Origin: an uncultured Gammaproteobacteria bacterium
GTDB taxonomy: Bacteria; Pseudomonadota; Gammaproteobacteria; Steroidobacterales; Woeseiaceae
Assembly (NCBI GenBank): GCA_963697245.1
Contig: CAVONH010000021.1
Span: 59,080 to 123,079, forward strand
Reading direction: 5' to 3'
DNA: 64,000 nucleotides
In this document: piece after piece, positions 28,154 to 36,536 of the stretch
How positions within the stretch are numbered: position 1 is the first letter of the stretch
Layout of the letters: every line of letters begins with the position of its first letter
Notes under the pieces: generated by a model
What the model saw: the letters and a program-made list of their open reading frames with translations, nothing else
Database searches by the model: none
Told to the model about the DNA's origin: nothing
Made by a program: the position numbers and the translations under genes

Positions 28154-28405
28154 TCAGCCGTGCTCCTCGAGGCGGTGGCTGTCCGCCGCCGTGAGCGTGC
28201 AACCGTAGACGGACTTGAGCTGTTCGATGACGGCCTGCGTGTCGCGGGAAAAAGGCGCTTTGCCCTCGAAACTGTGCAGGACGATGCCCTCCAGCAGGTC
28301 GCCCAGGGACAGGTCCGTGTATTCGGCAAGCCCCTTGAGGACCTTCAGCAGGGAAGTCTCGATGCGCACCCCGGTCTGGGTGCGCTGTACGACACGCTTC
28401 GCCAT
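28154..28405 (-). CDS. Hypothetical 83-aa protein
   Basis: MAKRVVQRTQTGVRIETSLLKVLKGLAEYTDLSLGDLLEGIVLHSFEGKAPF... has an RHH-like N-terminus (inference only). It is divergent from the CadC-like regulator. Confidence 0.45.
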   Translation of the reverse strand: MAKRVVQRTQTGVRIETSLLKVLKGLAEYTDLSLGDLLEGIVLHSFEGKAPFSRDTQAVIEQLKSVYGCTLTAADSHRLEEHG

Positions 28406-28420
28406 GGCGGTGAATCCTGG

Positions 28421-28454
28421 GTGTTACAATTCTAACGAGATAACATAGTAACAC
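28421..28454. promoter_or_regulatory. Inverted repeat in a divergent promoter region
   Basis: GTGTTAC (28421-28427) and GTAACAC (28448-28454) form a perfect 7-bp inverted repeat with a 20-nt AT-rich spacer. It lies between genes starting at 28405 (-) and 28546 (+). Confidence 0.3.
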
Positions 28455-28545
28455 TTGCGGGCCGAATGCAGCGGATGGTCCCGGTGGCGTGTGCGATGCC
28501 GTACAATCGGCTCGCGCCACTGGGGTGGCGTGACAAGGGGGGCGG

Positions 28546-30438
28546 ATGCCGACAGAAGACGAGCTACGACAGGGCTTCCGGCTCGGTGACTGGGAAGTGC
28601 TGCCGTTGCGCGGTGTGCTGCGCAGGGACGGCCGCGAGGAGAAGCCCGAGCCGAGGGTATTCGGCGTGCTGATCGCGCTGGCGAAGCGCGACGGCGACCT
28701 GGTGACGCGCGACGAGCTGGTCGACGAACTCTGGGACGGCCGGCCCACGAGCGATGAGCCGATCAACCGCTGCCTGTCGCAACTGCGCCGGCACCTGGGC
28801 GACAAGTCCAGGCCGCACCGCTACGTCGAGACGCTGACGCGACGCGGCTACCGCCTGGTGCAGCCGGTGGAGCCGCTGGAGCACGCCGAGCCGGCTGAAC
28901 CCGCAGCCGAGCCAGCGCTTGCGCCACTCAGCAAAGCCCCCGCGGCGGCCTGGAAGCCGCTGCTCGCAGTGATCGGCGTCGCAATGCTCGCCTGGCTGGC
29001 GTGGTTCCTGTGGCCGCCCGGCGACTTTCGCTCGATCGGCGTGATGCCGTTCGAGAATGCCAGCAAGGATCCCGCGAACGACTACCTGGTCGCCGGCTTC
29101 AAGGACGAGCTGGTGAACACGCTGCACAATATCCCGGACTTCACGGTGAAGAGCAGCAGGGTCGTCCACTCCGGGGAAGAGGTGGCGGCGATCGCCGATA
29201 GCCTCGGCGTGGATGCCGTTCTTTCGGGGCGTGTGCATCGCGTCGGCAACGATCTGCAGATCTTCTATACCGTCGAGGATGGCCGCAACGGCGACGTCGT
29301 CGCCACCGCCGAAATCGAGGGACCGGTCAGCGAAATCTTCCAGCTGCAGGAGGACCTCGCGCGCATGGTACGCCGCGACCTGTTTGGACAATCCTCGCAG
29401 CAGCTGATCAGCAGGACGCGCCCAGCGAGCTTCGGTGCGTACGACCGTTACATGCGCGGGCTGTATGCGTTCGACAAGCGCCAGGACAGCGGCACGAGCC
29501 TGGAAGAGGCCATTGAACTGTTTCAGCAGACGATCCGGCTGGATGAGAACTTCGGGCCGGCCTACGTGATGCTCGCGACCGCCTACGTGTTGCTGCCGAC
29601 CTACCGCGACGCGCCCACCGACGAGATGAGCAAGGCGGCCATCGCGACGGCGGAGCAAGGGATTAGCGTCGACCCCGGCATCCGCGATGCCGCCAACGCG
29701 ATCTTCGGCTTCGTCCACCACCAGCAAATGCGGTGGCTGGAAGCGGAGGAGGCTTACAGGGCTGCGACGTCCGCGCAGGTGGTCGATCCGAATGCGTTCA
29801 ACTGGTACTCGCGCATGCTCGCCTCGGTCGGCAGGCTCGACGCGTCGCTCGACCAGGCGCTGCGCGCGCTGGAGCTGGACCCGACGTCGGCAGTGATCAA
29901 CAGCCGCGTTGCGCTCGCTTATTTGTGGCTGGGCGATACGCACAATGCGCAGGAGTTCTTCGAACGCGCCGCGAAGTTCGGCGCCAGCGGTCCCACGCAC
30001 ACCATGGGATACGCGCTTTTCCTGTTTCGCGAGAACCGCAGCGCGGAGGCATACGAGCTGTCGCGACAGGCTGCACAGATGGCGGGTGGCAGCGAAGCGT
30101 GGATCGATCCCGTGTTTGCGGCGCTGGACGACGATACTCAGCGCGACGCCGCGCTTGTCGCTGTCGATGAGGCTGCGGCACAAGGCGGTATCAGCCGGCA
30201 GATCGAGTTCATCGTGCGCACCGTACTGGGCGACCTCGACGGTGCGATGCGCGTCGCGCGACTGCTCGAGAGCGAGGGCGAAGTATTCGAGATGGATCTG
30301 CTGTTCATTCCCGAGGTCGCGCCCCTGCGCGAACACCAGGACTTCGCAAGGTTGCTCGATGCGCTCGGCATTAGCGAGTACTGGCGTGCACGCGGTTGCG
30401 CGTGGACCGGCTCCGCAGCGGTATGCGAAGCAGCCTAG
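28546..30438 (+). CDS. CadC/ToxR-like membrane-bound transcriptional regulator (OmpR-type wHTH, TM, TPR domain)
   Basis: The N-terminus FRLGDWEVLPLRGVLRRDG...PRVFGVLIALAKRDGDLVTRDELVDELWDGRPTSDEPINRCLSQLRRHL...ETLTRRGYRL is a trans_reg_C-type winged helix. It is followed by one TM helix (LLAVIGVAMLAWLAWFLW) and a C-terminal TPR-like helical repeat region. Confidence 0.75.
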   Translation: MPTEDELRQGFRLGDWEVLPLRGVLRRDGREEKPEPRVFGVLIALAKRDGDLVTRDELVDELWDGRPTSDEPINRCLSQLRRHLGDKSRPHRYVETLTRRGYRLVQPVEPLEHAEPAEPAAEPALAPLSKAPAAAWKPLLAVIGVAMLAWLAWFLWPPGDFRSIGVMPFENASKDPANDYLVAGFKDELVNTLHNIPDFTVKSSRVVHSGEEVAAIADSLGVDAVLSGRVHRVGNDLQIFYTVEDGRNGDVVATAEIEGPVSEIFQLQEDLARMVRRDLFGQSSQQLISRTRPASFGAYDRYMRGLYAFDKRQDSGTSLEEAIELFQQTIRLDENFGPAYVMLATAYVLLPTYRDAPTDEMSKAAIATAEQGISVDPGIRDAANAIFGFVHHQQMRWLEAEEAYRAATSAQVVDPNAFNWYSRMLASVGRLDASLDQALRALELDPTSAVINSRVALAYLWLGDTHNAQEFFERAAKFGASGPTHTMGYALFLFRENRSAEAYELSRQAAQMAGGSEAWIDPVFAALDDDTQRDAALVAVDEAAAQGGISRQIEFIVRTVLGDLDGAMRVARLLESEGEVFEMDLLFIPEVAPLREHQDFARLLDALGISEYWRARGCAWTGSAAVCEAA

Positions 30439-30863
30439 GCGTCGTCTATGCGGCTGCGCGAGCGCTTGATATCGCCGCGGCGGCGCTTTTCATCGATACG
30501 TTTCTTCACTGACTTGCGGCTCGGCCGGGTCTTGACGCGCGGTTTCCTCTCGACGAGCACCGAGCTCACGAGCTCGCGGAGTCGTTCCAGTGCGGCTTCA
30601 CGGTTGCGCATCTGCGTACGGTATTCCTGCGCCTTGATGGTGACGACGCCGGCCGCAGAGATGCGTCGATCGTCGAGTGCCAACAGTCGGTCGCGCACGT
30701 GATCGGGCAGGGCGCTGCTGCCGCGGATGTCGAACTGCAGGTGGATCGCCGTTGCGACCTTGTTCACGTTCTGTCCGCCAGCGCCGCCCGAGCGGACCGC
30801 GGTCAGCACGATCTCGTCCATCGGGATGGCAATCTCGTCGCTTACGTCGAGTGAGTCTGCCAT
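30435..30863 (-). CDS. arfB: Alternative ribosome-rescue factor ArfB (peptidyl-tRNA hydrolase, GGQ)
   Basis: MADSLDVSDEIAIPMDEIVLTAVRSGGAGGQNVNKVATAIHLQFDI... contains the GGQ motif and ends in a basic tail KRRRGDIKRSRSR. The listed 197-aa ORF is an over-extension. Confidence 0.85.
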   Translation of the reverse strand: MADSLDVSDEIAIPMDEIVLTAVRSGGAGGQNVNKVATAIHLQFDIRGSSALPDHVRDRLLALDDRRISAAGVVTIKAQEYRTQMRNREAALERLRELVSSVLVERKPRVKTRPSRKSVKKRIDEKRRRGDIKRSRSRIDDA

Positions 30864-31675
30864 GTCGTCCATACCGGTCGCAGGTCGTCGGGCAGAGGCG
30901 GGAATCCGCCTGGCCGCGACCAGCGGTTGCCGCCGTGGTGAAAGTCCGAGCCGCACGATGCGGCGAGCCCGGCGTCTCTCGACAGTTGCGCGAGGTGTGT
31001 CGTCGTATTCGGCGACTGCCGGCCGCACACGACCTCGATGGCCGTCCCGCCGGCGTCGCGAAAATCCGCCGCGAGCGCCCGCAAGCGGGTCTTCGTGAGC
31101 CGGTATTTCGCCGGATGAGCGAGCACCGCGATGCCGCCAGCCTGGACGATCCAGTGCACGACCTCGGGCAGCGATGCCCAGGTCTGCCGCACGTCACCCG
31201 GCTTGCCCGCGCCGAGGTACTTGCGGAACGCTGCCCGGGTGTCCTTCGCGATACCCGTTCGGACCAGCAATTCGGCGAAGTGTGGCCGGCCCACCGGTTC
31301 GCCACCGGCGATCTGCAGGACATCCTCAAGCATGTCCGGGAGGCCATTCGACCGCAGCCGCTTCGCAATGAGGCGCGCGCGTTTTTGGCGGGCATGCTGC
31401 TGGCGTTGCACGCCTGCGCGCAGGGCCGGGCACGCCGGGTCGACGTTCAGGCCGACAATGTGAACGCCGCAGTTGCGCCAGGCGGTTGAAAACTCGATGC
31501 CGGGGACGAGTCGAGTCCGCGACACCGAGGTATCAATGCGGTCGTACGCCGCCAGCGTGTCGTGATCCGTGATTGCGAGCGCGTCGACGCCGCACTCGGC
31601 GGCGTGCACGAGGAGTGCGTCGGGGTCGAGTGAGCCGTCGGAGGCGTCGCTGTGTGAGTGCAGGTCGTAGATCAC
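30842..31675 (-). CDS. PHP domain phosphoesterase (TrpH/YciV-like)
   Basis: MIYDLHSHSDASDGSLDPDALL...DALAITDHDT...GIEFS...VLAHP...GSDFH are the PHP metal-binding motifs. The gene overlaps the arfB start by 22 nt. Confidence 0.85.
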   Translation of the reverse strand: MIYDLHSHSDASDGSLDPDALLVHAAECGVDALAITDHDTLAAYDRIDTSVSRTRLVPGIEFSTAWRNCGVHIVGLNVDPACPALRAGVQRQQHARQKRARLIAKRLRSNGLPDMLEDVLQIAGGEPVGRPHFAELLVRTGIAKDTRAAFRKYLGAGKPGDVRQTWASLPEVVHWIVQAGGIAVLAHPAKYRLTKTRLRALAADFRDAGGTAIEVVCGRQSPNTTTHLAQLSRDAGLAASCGSDFHHGGNRWSRPGGFPPLPDDLRPVWTTWQTHST

Positions 31676-31799
31676 GTTGCGGGCATTATACGGGGTCGCG
31701 CGCGGCCCGAAAGTCGGGCCCGGATGTGTGACAATGCGCGGATCGCGCGTTCGCCGGGCCCTTGTGGCGTGACGCGCTGTTCAAAACGGCAGAACCGGT

Positions 31800-33167
31800 A
31801 TGAGTGACTACACGAAGATCATGCGCGACGCGGCCGAACGCGGGATTCGCTACCGCGAGTCGCTCGACGAACGTGCTGTCGGGCCGTCGACCGAAGCCAA
31901 AGCGGCGACTGCCCGCTTCGACGAAGCCCTGCCCGAGAATGGCAGGGACGACGCCGAGACGCTGGCTTTCCTCGACGACATCGGTTCGCCGGCATCGGTG
32001 GCGATGGCGGGTCCGCGGTTCTTCGGATTCGTGATCGGTGGTTCGATGCCGGTGACGGTTGCGGCAAACTGGCTCGCGACCGCGTGGGACCAGAACTCTG
32101 TAATGAGCGAAGTGACGCCTGCGGTCGCAGTGCTCGAAGACGTTACGCGGCGCTGGCTTTGCGAGCTGTTGCAACTGCCTCGCGATTGCGCAGCCGGTTT
32201 CGTGACCGGCGCGACGGTCGCGAACTTCACGGCACTTGCGGCGGCACGCCACAAGGTACTCGCCGACGCCGGTTGGGACGTCGAAAAAGACGGCCTGATC
32301 GGCGCGCCGCCGTTGACGGTGATCGTGGGCGAAGAAGCGCATCCCACGCTGACCAAGTCGCTCGGCCTGCTGGGGCTGGGGCGCGATCGGGCAGTGCGCG
32401 TTCCGGTCGACGGGCAGGGCCGCATGATCGCCGACGCGGTGCCCGCGGTCGACGGGCCCACGATCGTCTGCACACAGGCCGGCAACATCAACACGGGTGC
32501 ATTCGATCCCGTTGCTGAGATCTGCCGCGCCGTGCGGCCTGCCGGCGCCTGGGTGCACGTGGACGGTGCGTTCGGGCTGTGGGCGGCCGCGGTGCCTGGG
32601 ATGCGGCACCTGCTGGCGGGATTCGAGGAGGCGGATTCCTGGGCCACGGACGCGCACAAGTGGCTCAACGTCCCGTACGACAGCGGCGTGGCGATGACGC
32701 GGGATGCAGCGGCATTGAAAGCGGCGATGGCGATCACGGCGGACTACCTGCCGACCGATGCCGGGCTGCGCAATCCGTGCGACTACACGCCCGAACTCTC
32801 GCGGCGGGCGCGCGGCATCGAAGTCTGGGCCGCCCTGCGGTCGCTGGGCCGGCGCGGTGTCGAGGACCTCATCGTCCGTTGTTGCGAGCATGCGCGTCGA
32901 TTCGCGGCGGGCCTGCAGGCCGGCGGCTACGAGATTCTCAACGACGTCGTGCTCAACCAGGTGCTCGTTTCTTTCGGCGACGACGAGACCACACAGAGCG
33001 TGATCGAGGCGATACAGCGGGACGGAACCTGCTGGTGCGGCGGCACGATCTGGCAGGGTCGCCGCGCGATGCGCATCAGTGTCTGCAACTGGTCCACGAC
33101 GCGGGCAGACGTGGACGCCAGCCTGCACACGATGCTCGCCTGCGCGGAGCGCGTACGGCAGGCCTGA
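31800..33167 (+). CDS. PLP-dependent decarboxylase family protein (group II-like)
   Basis: 455 aa. Translation: ...FVTGATVANFTALAAAR...VHVDGAFGLWAA...DSWATDAHKWLNVPYDSG. The PLP lysine sits in the HKW context. Confidence 0.75.
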   Translation: MSDYTKIMRDAAERGIRYRESLDERAVGPSTEAKAATARFDEALPENGRDDAETLAFLDDIGSPASVAMAGPRFFGFVIGGSMPVTVAANWLATAWDQNSVMSEVTPAVAVLEDVTRRWLCELLQLPRDCAAGFVTGATVANFTALAAARHKVLADAGWDVEKDGLIGAPPLTVIVGEEAHPTLTKSLGLLGLGRDRAVRVPVDGQGRMIADAVPAVDGPTIVCTQAGNINTGAFDPVAEICRAVRPAGAWVHVDGAFGLWAAAVPGMRHLLAGFEEADSWATDAHKWLNVPYDSGVAMTRDAAALKAAMAITADYLPTDAGLRNPCDYTPELSRRARGIEVWAALRSLGRRGVEDLIVRCCEHARRFAAGLQAGGYEILNDVVLNQVLVSFGDDETTQSVIEAIQRDGTCWCGGTIWQGRRAMRISVCNWSTTRADVDASLHTMLACAERVRQA

Positions 33168-33172
33168 GTCCG

Positions 33173-34519
33173 ATGCGGCGACTGTACGACGACAACCTGT
33201 ACGATTTCGCCACACCGCAGCCCAGTTACTGGGAGGCCACCGCGCCGCCGCCGGATTTTGCGGCGCCGCCGCTGACGCACGACGAAACCTGCGAGGTCGC
33301 CGTGATTGGCGGCGGCTATACCGGGCTGTCGGCGGCCTACCACCTCGCCCGCGATCACGGCATCGACGTACGCGTGCTGGAAGCGGGGCACATTGGCTGG
33401 GGTGCGTCGGGCCGTAACGGCGGCTTCTGCTGTGTCGGGGGAACCGGCTTGCAGCCGCGGGGCGTGATCCGGCATTTCGGCGTCGAAGCAGCAAGGGACT
33501 GGTATCGCGCGCAGGTGCAGGCAGTCGAACTCGTGCGCGGGCTGGCGGCCGACGAGGACATCGACGTCGAAGCGTTCGGTGCCGCCGAGGTGGAGATCGC
33601 GCATTCGCGTCGCGCTTTTTCCGGCCTCGAGGCGGATCACGAGGCGCTGACAAGGGTTCTCGGCCTCGAGGCGGAGTTGCTGACGCGCTACGAGGTCAGG
33701 GAACGCATTTACGACACCGCCGAACAGCACGGCGCGCTGATTTCGAAACCGGCGCTCGGCCTGCATCCGCTCAGGCTTTGCCGCGGCCTCGCGCGTGCCG
33801 CCAGCCGCCGCGGCGCGACACTGCATTCATCCAGCGAGGTTGTCGGCTGGTCAAGGACTGCCGACGGTGGCCATGCGCTGCGTACCGCCGGCGCGACGCT
33901 GCGCGCATCGAAGGTCCTGTTCGCGACCAACGGCTTCATGCCGGAACAGCTACGCGCCGAGTTTCATGGCCGCACGCTGCCGGTGGTCAGCGCAATCGTC
34001 GTAACGCGCCCGTTGAGCGACGACGAGCGCCTGGACCAGGGCTGGCACACCGAACACCCGGCCATCAATTCCCGGCATCTGTTGAATTATTTCCGGTTGC
34101 TGCCGGACAACCGCTTCCTGTTCGGCGCACGCGGCAACACGCGCGGCACACCGGCCGGCGAGCGCGCAACCTACCGCAAGATCATCGACACCTTCCGCAA
34201 GACCTGGCCCGGCTGGGCCGGGGTGGAAATCGAGTATTGCTGGCACGGCCTGATTTGCATGACCGCCTCATTGCGGCCGGCGATCGGCCGACTGACGGAC
34301 GACCCGTTCACCTTTTACGGCTTCGGCTATCACGGCAATGGCGTCAATACGGCCACCTGGGCCGGAAAGCAGCTGGCGGACTGGATCGGACGGGGGCGCG
34401 CCCCGGACGATCTGCCGCGGCTCGTGCGCGAGTTGCCGCGGCGCTACCCGGTGCCCGCGCTGCGTCGAGCCTACCTGCGCACGGGCCTGGTCATCGCGAA
34501 CTGGCTGGACAGCCTGTGA
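33173..34519 (+). CDS. FAD-dependent oxidoreductase (DAO family, PuuB-like)
   Basis: MRRLYDDNLYDFATPQPSYWEATA...CEVAVIGGGYTGLSAAYHLARDHG has the GxGxxG Rossmann motif, then GWGASGRNGG. It starts 6 nt after the decarboxylase stop. Confidence 0.75.
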   Translation: MRRLYDDNLYDFATPQPSYWEATAPPPDFAAPPLTHDETCEVAVIGGGYTGLSAAYHLARDHGIDVRVLEAGHIGWGASGRNGGFCCVGGTGLQPRGVIRHFGVEAARDWYRAQVQAVELVRGLAADEDIDVEAFGAAEVEIAHSRRAFSGLEADHEALTRVLGLEAELLTRYEVRERIYDTAEQHGALISKPALGLHPLRLCRGLARAASRRGATLHSSSEVVGWSRTADGGHALRTAGATLRASKVLFATNGFMPEQLRAEFHGRTLPVVSAIVVTRPLSDDERLDQGWHTEHPAINSRHLLNYFRLLPDNRFLFGARGNTRGTPAGERATYRKIIDTFRKTWPGWAGVEIEYCWHGLICMTASLRPAIGRLTDDPFTFYGFGYHGNGVNTATWAGKQLADWIGRGRAPDDLPRLVRELPRRYPVPALRRAYLRTGLVIANWLDSL

Positions 34520-35185
34520 TCAGAGGAAATTGAACACGAAGCCCAGGCTGACGACGGGCCAGGCCTTGTAGTCGCTGAGCTCGTTCTCGAGTTCCGCGCG
34601 TTCGGCGTCGAGCGAAGCTTCGAACGTCGGGTCACCCGAAAGCAGGCCGTCGGTGGCCATGGAGATCTGCGGGGAGCCCTGCCAGAGCACGCCGAAGTCC
34701 AGGTTCATGCCGACTTTGCCGAGCAGCGTGAAGTCGAAGCCCACGCCGAAATACGGCGAGGTGCTGTCGAACGCCGCGGTGGCGGACAGCGTGCCGACCG
34801 CGGCCGCGGGATACGGGTCGCCGCCGACCAGGATGATTGCGCCGTTATCGCCGCTCACGGCATTGAATTCGTTGCCGTTCGAATACAGTCCGCCCGTGAG
34901 CCGGAAGGGGCTCAGCGGGAAGCGCAGGTTGCCGGTGACGTAATAGTTGTCGAGACTGATCTCGGCGTCGTAGTTGATGCCGCCGTAGAAACCGCTGTCG
35001 TTGTAGTCGTACTGGTTCACACCCGCGCGCAGGTCGATGTACGGCAGCGGCCGCCAGGTGCCCTCGACACCGAGGCCGAGCGTGCCGGCTTTGACACCGA
35101 CACCGAAGTTATGGTCGGCAAGCGCGTTGCCACTTGCCGCGAGGACCAGAAGCAGCGCGCACAGCTTGAGTGAAAAAGTCGTCAT
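34520..35185 (-). CDS. Small outer-membrane beta-barrel protein (221 aa)
   Basis: Signal peptide MTTFSLKLCALLLVLAASGNALA. The body has alternating aromatic/Gly-rich beta-strands and a C-terminal ...VSLGFVFNFL (terminal aromatic-x-aromatic-type OMP signature). The listed 382-aa ORF is an over-extension. Confidence 0.65.
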   Translation of the reverse strand: MTTFSLKLCALLLVLAASGNALADHNFGVGVKAGTLGLGVEGTWRPLPYIDLRAGVNQYDYNDSGFYGGINYDAEISLDNYYVTGNLRFPLSPFRLTGGLYSNGNEFNAVSGDNGAIILVGGDPYPAAAVGTLSATAAFDSTSPYFGVGFDFTLLGKVGMNLDFGVLWQGSPQISMATDGLLSGDPTFEASLDAERAELENELSDYKAWPVVSLGFVFNFL

Positions 35186-35413
35186 CGTCCCTGTCCTGTT
35201 GCCCAAGCGAATTGTTGTTGCCCAGCGTAGACAGGGATCACGGATGGTTCCGTGCGGCGTATCACAGGCTGCCGGGTCCGGATGGCCGGGACTATGTAAA
35301 AAACCGCATGAAACGGCGGGTTTCGCCGCAAGCAGTACCACCGCCGCGTCGCTAGAGTGACAGTGCGCAGGACGCGCACACCCCCATGCAATGATCGATA
35401 AGGAGATTGAATC

Positions 35414-35608
35414 ATGCGCGAACTTACAGTGAACGAGATCGGCTTCGTCGGCGGCGGCACCGAGCAGTGCAGGTCGGACCAGGGCGGCAACAACTATGGC
35501 GGCGTCACGGATACCGGGTCGGTTGGCCGGGACATCATCGCAATCTACGAGGGGCTGGTCGAGGCGACCTCGTACATTATCGAGCGTGTCGCGGACGCGC
35601 TGAGCTGA
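35414..35608 (+). CDS. Double-glycine-leader peptide (bacteriocin/microcin-like precursor, 64 aa)
   Basis: AAGGAGA RBS 8 nt upstream. MRELTVNEIGFVGGG matches the class II leader consensus L(-12) S/T(-11) x x E(-8) L/I(-7) x x I/V(-4) x G(-2) G(-1). The predicted 49-aa core is Gly/Asn-rich followed by an amphipathic helix (DIIAIYEGLVEATSYIIERVADALS). Confidence 0.6.
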   Translation: MRELTVNEIGFVGGGTEQCRSDQGGNNYGGVTDTGSVGRDIIAIYEGLVEATSYIIERVADALS

Positions 35609-36440
35609 CAGACGCGGCCGGGGCCGCTCGGGCCCCGGCCCGTTGACTGCGCAACAGGGCAACGACAAGCAGGCACGCGACCGCGAGCGAGAACAGCGCG
35701 CTGAACCCCGGTAGCAGCAGCGGCAGGCTGTCGGGCGGCGGGTTCCAGTGACCTTGCAGACAGCGCCAGTCGAACTGTATGAGGCCGTTGTAGGTCGCGT
35801 GGGTAATCACCGTTGCCCACAGCGAGCCCGTGACCCAGAACTGCACGCCCAGCACGAGCCCCATGAAGAACACGAACCCGTAGGACGAGGGCGGGTGGAA
35901 TACGGTGAATATCGCCGCCGAGATGAGGATGGCGGGTACCGCGCCCGCGGGCACAAAAACGGACTGCAGGAAACCCCGATGCACCGTTTCTTCCATCAGC
36001 GGTATCAGCACCGCCATTACAAGCAGGCCCAGCATGAGCGAAGGCAGCGGCGGGCAGGCCCACGTAAAGACCGGGCCCGCTATCGTCTGCGCATCTTGGC
36101 TTGCGGTGAAGCCTAGCGACACGCTGGCAATCAGCTGTGCCCACCATACGATGCGAGTCGCCATGCCGAGCGCGACGGCGCCGAGCGCGATCCGAATCGT
36201 CAGCCTGCGCGGGCTGAACAGTCCCGGCAGGAATGTGCGGTGCTCGAGCAGCACCGGCGCGAGCATGGGCAGCAGGATCGGCGGCACGACCAGGTAAGCA
36301 AGGTAATACGCCTGCAGGTCTTCGATGCCGCGCCCGCGCAAGATGTGTGCGAGCCATGCCTGCGCCGTCAGGGCCACGAGTTGAGCCAGCACGATCAGCA
36401 GCAGGTGACGGATCGATAATCGAAGGACGGGTGGCGGCAT
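35577..36440 (-). CDS. CPBP family intramembrane glutamic endopeptidase (CAAX protease/Abi, bacteriocin-immunity-type)
   Basis: 287 aa, polytopic. Motifs are LMEETVHRGFL (EExxxR), FTVFHPP (FxxxH) and ITHATYNG (HxxxN). The C-terminal 25 aa are Ala/Arg-rich and may be an over-extension. Confidence 0.8.
   Translation of the reverse strand: MPPPVLRLSIRHLLLIVLAQLVALTAQAWLAHILRGRGIEDLQAYYLAYLVVPPILLPMLAPVLLEHRTFLPGLFSPRRLTIRIALGAVALGMATRIVWWAQLIASVSLGFTASQDAQTIAGPVFTWACPPLPSLMLGLLVMAVLIPLMEETVHRGFLQSVFVPAGAVPAILISAAIFTVFHPPSSYGFVFFMGLVLGVQFWVTGSLWATVITHATYNGLIQFDWRCLQGHWNPPPDSLPLLLPGFSALFSLAVACLLVVALLRSQRAGARAAPAASVSSARPRHAR
35616..35640. terminator. GC-rich hairpin just after the peptide gene stop
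   Basis: GGCCGGGGCC-GCTCG-GGCCCCGGCC has a perfect 10-bp stem and starts 8 nt after the stop at 35608. There is no T-run. It lies inside the low-complexity 3' tail of the convergent CPBP ORF. Confidence 0.35.
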
Positions 36441-36536
36441 GGTCGCCTTTGTGCCGGCTGAAGTCTGCCGAGGCTATCAGCCGGGAGGGACCGGCGATGC
36501 GCGACTATCCGGGCAAAACGACCGGATTCGCGATAC

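Noticed and set aside
26479-28329. 616-aa ORF on the minus strand
   Set aside because: It is entirely antisense to fhs, whose translation is unmistakable. The antisense product is Arg/Ala/Gly/Asp-rich low-complexity sequence, typical of stop-free antisense frames in high-GC DNA.
31686-33653. 655-aa minus-strand ORF, plus the 28564-30336 (590 aa) and 13297-14481 (394 aa, plus strand) ORFs
   Set aside because: All are antisense to well-supported genes (decarboxylase/oxidase, CadC-like regulator, DUF3300) and consist of Arg/Pro/Ala-rich low-complexity sequence.
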